Below, piece by piece: positions 49,353 to 51,909 of a stretch of 51,909 bases of DNA (within the stretch, counting starts at the first letter, position 1; every line of letters starts with the position of its first letter). A model generated the notes under the pieces. It was not told where the DNA came from and ran no database searches. It worked only from the letters and a program-made list of their open reading frames with translations. The stretch comes from a candidate division WOR-3 bacterium (GTDB lineage Bacteria > Hydrothermota > UBA3072 > B12-G15): the NCBI GenBank assembly GCA_965649055.1, contig CBFGJG010000002.1:1-51909 (forward strand). Reading direction: 5' to 3'. The position numbers and the translations under genes were made by a program.

Positions 49353-50266
49353 CCAACCTTACCTCCCATATTCCCGTTTTTATTCACAATATAAACAGCC
49401 CATTCATAGATACCACTTGTAAAATTATATATTGTGAGTGATGTATCATTACTGGGAATATTTTCGTATATCTTTGAAGGGTCATCTATTCCGTTTTCTC
49501 TTTTCCAGATAGTAAGGGCGTAATCAAATCCACTGAATTTCTTCCAGATAAATTTGTATGGTGGATTCAATGTTTCACCGGATTCCGGTAAAACCAAATC
49601 TGTAAATGTATCAATCACATTATTTATAATTTCAAATTTTTGGCTTGAATATTCTTTTTTATCTTTTACAGACAAAATGAATGTATCACCCTCAAAATAA
49701 TTTATCTTAGACTTTACGAATTTCCCTTTATAATAACCTGAATATCCATCAGGGTCTGCGAATGAGACAAATCTTCCGGAGATAGTATCAGAACCGTTTA
49801 TCATAAATACATCCTTAACATCAACTATAAAATCATAATCCGTGACAACCACATCTATCAGGACTTCATTCAGTTCACTCCCATCATACCATTTTGAAAA
49901 TCTTGAAAAACATTTTGTATATGTGAAATGTGGTATTGAGTTTACCACAAAATCTATCTTATCAAGGATACCTGACTTTATTATAACAGAATCGTAAATT
50001 GTTTCGTAATAGTTTTTCTCTACCCTTATTGAATAAGAACCAGGTTTAATATTTTTGAAAATATAATATCCATTATCATCAGAATAAGAGATTATTGAAT
50101 CATTCAGTATTATTTTTGCAGATTCAACAGGTCTTCCTGAATAGGTTAAAATATTCCCATAAATTCCACCCATAGCTGATGGATTATTTATATCGTAAGG
50201 ATTATCCCTTGGAGCATCAGGACAACTTAAAAATATAAGTGCAAAGAGAATAAATAAAATTCTCAT
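49334..50266 (-). CDS. Lipoprotein with carboxypeptidase-regulatory-like domain
   Basis: Lipobox FLSC, PRDNPYD, SDDNGYYIFKNIKPGSYSI. Confidence 0.75.
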   Translation of the reverse strand: MRILFILFALIFLSCPDAPRDNPYDINNPSAMGGIYGNILTYSGRPVESAKIILNDSIISYSDDNGYYIFKNIKPGSYSIRVEKNYYETIYDSVIIKSGILDKIDFVVNSIPHFTYTKCFSRFSKWYDGSELNEVLIDVVVTDYDFIVDVKDVFMINGSDTISGRFVSFADPDGYSGYYKGKFVKSKINYFEGDTFILSVKDKKEYSSQKFEIINNVIDTFTDLVLPESGETLNPPYKFIWKKFSGFDYALTIWKRENGIDDPSKIYENIPSNDTSLTIYNFTSGIYEWAVYIVNKNGNMGGKVGWFTIK

Positions 50267-50272
50267 ATTTAA

Positions 50273-50344
50273 ATAATATTATAAAATTTGTTGCTGTCAA
50301 TGATTCTATTTTCATCTTGACATCTTTAAAAATAATATTATCTT
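50273..50344. promoter_or_regulatory. Divergent promoters: probably leaderless lipoprotein gene and tRNA-Leu
   Basis: (-) TTGACA-N16-TATTAT-N6-ATG; (+) TTGACA-N16-TATCTT. Confidence 0.6.
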
Positions 50345-50352
50345 AAAAATAA

Positions 50353-50439
<87 letters not shown>

Positions 50440-51909
50440 TTAAAATCTTTTTATCCTGATTTTTTTCTTTGTTTCAATAAGACCAATATTTATCTCCACA
50501 GACTCCAATGTTTCCTTTATATATGCATATATAAGAAGATTTGGTGGATTTGTTCCGTATCCATTAGGAAGATTGTTTAACTTTATTGTATAGAAATTAG
50601 GTGGAAGATTATCTATCCTGTAATTACCATCTGCATCTGTTAATGTGAATATATCTGTATCTGTTATCTTTATCATTATATTTGGAATACCTTGTTCATT
50701 CTCATCATATACTGAGTTCCCATTTTTATCAAAAAATACCTTACCATAGATTCCACCAAGCCCCTTCAATGGAAAATCGAGTTTTATAAACTTAAGATTC
50801 TCTGTCTTAAAAGAATACCTGTATTCTGGAAGGCCAATGTATGAAGGAAGATTTTTTAAATTCAGCTTAATCTTATGTTCACCAACAGGAAGTAGATAAT
50901 ATTTATAATTTCCGTTATTATCAACATTTATCTGTATTTCATCATCTATTATTATCTTTGCATCTTTGACTTTCTCATCATCCCCATCATAGATATTATT
51001 ATTATTCTTATCATAATAAACCTTCCCGTAAACACCGGTTATACCAAAATCTTCTGTTCTGAAACTTGAAGACACATCAAGATTGAAGGTGTATCTGTTA
51101 TCATTCAGATTGTAAGCAAAAGAAGAGACTATTTCAAGATTCTTTGAAGGTGTATATCTTAATTGATTCCTGAAATGAAGATTATTATATAAAGTCGAGA
51201 ATTCAAAATTAATCCTTGTTTTCCTACCAAATGGAAGGTTAAAACCTGATAATGTATAGAATTTATTACCTATCTCCCTTCTTACATTAAAATAATAATA
51301 CGCATTTGATAAAGGTGCATATCTTAAATTAATATCAAATATTTCTGAAAGCAGGTCTGTTCTGTTGTAATAATAGTTAAAAGATGTCGAAAGATTCCTT
51401 AATGAATAAACTATATTAACCCCTCTATAAATATTCCTGAAATCAATCTGTTTAAATTCAAGGTTTCCGAAAAGATTTATCAAAAACGATTTATATTTAT
51501 AATCTGTATTTATGAAGAACTTTTTTATTATTTCATTATGTGGACCATAGAAATAAAAACCATATCTAAAACCCCAACCAAAAGGATAACTGTAACCTGT
51601 AATCGAATAAAGTTCAAACCTTCCATCCTTAAAATACTGATTCCTTTCATTAACAAAACCATCTTTTATATCCCTGTATCTAATTAACTGAATAAATCTT
51701 TCCCTTTTGTAATCAAAAGTGTATTCAAAATCATAGCCAAAATTATTTTCATTTTCAACCGAGTAAGAACCTATCGCAAATGATAATTTATTTAAAAGAT
51801 TTCCTCTCTTAAAATTAAAAAAATTCCTCAAAACTGTATTTATTTCTGAAGGTGAATATTTACTCCTGTCCCACCTTAGAACAAAATCAGGGTTTAAAAA
51901 CCTGTTTGA
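50440..51909 (-). CDS. Large outer-membrane protein with two C-terminal SdrD-B-like domains (5' partial)
   Basis: Frame open to the window edge; GKVYYDKNNNNIYD and GKVFFDKNGNSVYDENEQGI repeats after a beta-barrel-like region. Confidence 0.78.
   Translation of the reverse strand, partial: SNRFLNPDFVLRWDRSKYSPSEINTVLRNFFNFKRGNLLNKLSFAIGSYSVENENNFGYDFEYTFDYKRERFIQLIRYRDIKDGFVNERNQYFKDGRFELYSITGYSYPFGWGFRYGFYFYGPHNEIIKKFFINTDYKYKSFLINLFGNLEFKQIDFRNIYRGVNIVYSLRNLSTSFNYYYNRTDLLSEIFDINLRYAPLSNAYYYFNVRREIGNKFYTLSGFNLPFGRKTRINFEFSTLYNNLHFRNQLRYTPSKNLEIVSSFAYNLNDNRYTFNLDVSSSFRTEDFGITGVYGKVYYDKNNNNIYDGDDEKVKDAKIIIDDEIQINVDNNGNYKYYLLPVGEHKIKLNLKNLPSYIGLPEYRYSFKTENLKFIKLDFPLKGLGGIYGKVFFDKNGNSVYDENEQGIPNIMIKITDTDIFTLTDADGNYRIDNLPPNFYTIKLNNLPNGYGTNPPNLLIYAYIKETLESVEINIGLIETKKKIRIKRF

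Overview
AT-rich bacterial chromosomal window, gene-dense and mostly housekeeping. Lineage is an inference only: T9SS-like C-terminal sorting domains, an FG-GAP/M6 protease and K/E/I-rich proteins fit an FCB-superphylum anaerobe such as WOR-3. Contents: purD, rarA, cysS, tadA, ogg, gpsA, purH, ftcD, eno, hisC, sppA, feoAB, an eight-gene oxygen-detoxification operon, two ECF sigma/anti-sigma modules, a sigma54 activator and three tRNAs (Ser-CGA, fMet, Leu-CAA). Three small genes are missing from the ORF track: rubredoxin, desulforedoxin and a MetS-like subunit. No CRISPR array, transposase, integrase or prophage was seen. Main observations: (1) a modular family of intergenic repeats at four loci, including a 29-bp GGGGTCAG element with three identical copies and REP/REPIN-like hairpins; (2) a recurring TTGAnn-N16-TAnnnT-N6-ATG layout implying widespread leaderless mRNAs; (3) a tRNA-Ser nested entirely inside the tadA reading frame; (4) an orphan tandem-domain protein facing a decayed PD-(D/E)xK nuclease; (5) very short signal peptides with no basic n-region; (6) rarA without a canonical start and with a perfect hairpin in its 5' coding part; (7) several disrupted genes and pseudo-enzymes. 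All calls are by eye, without database searches.
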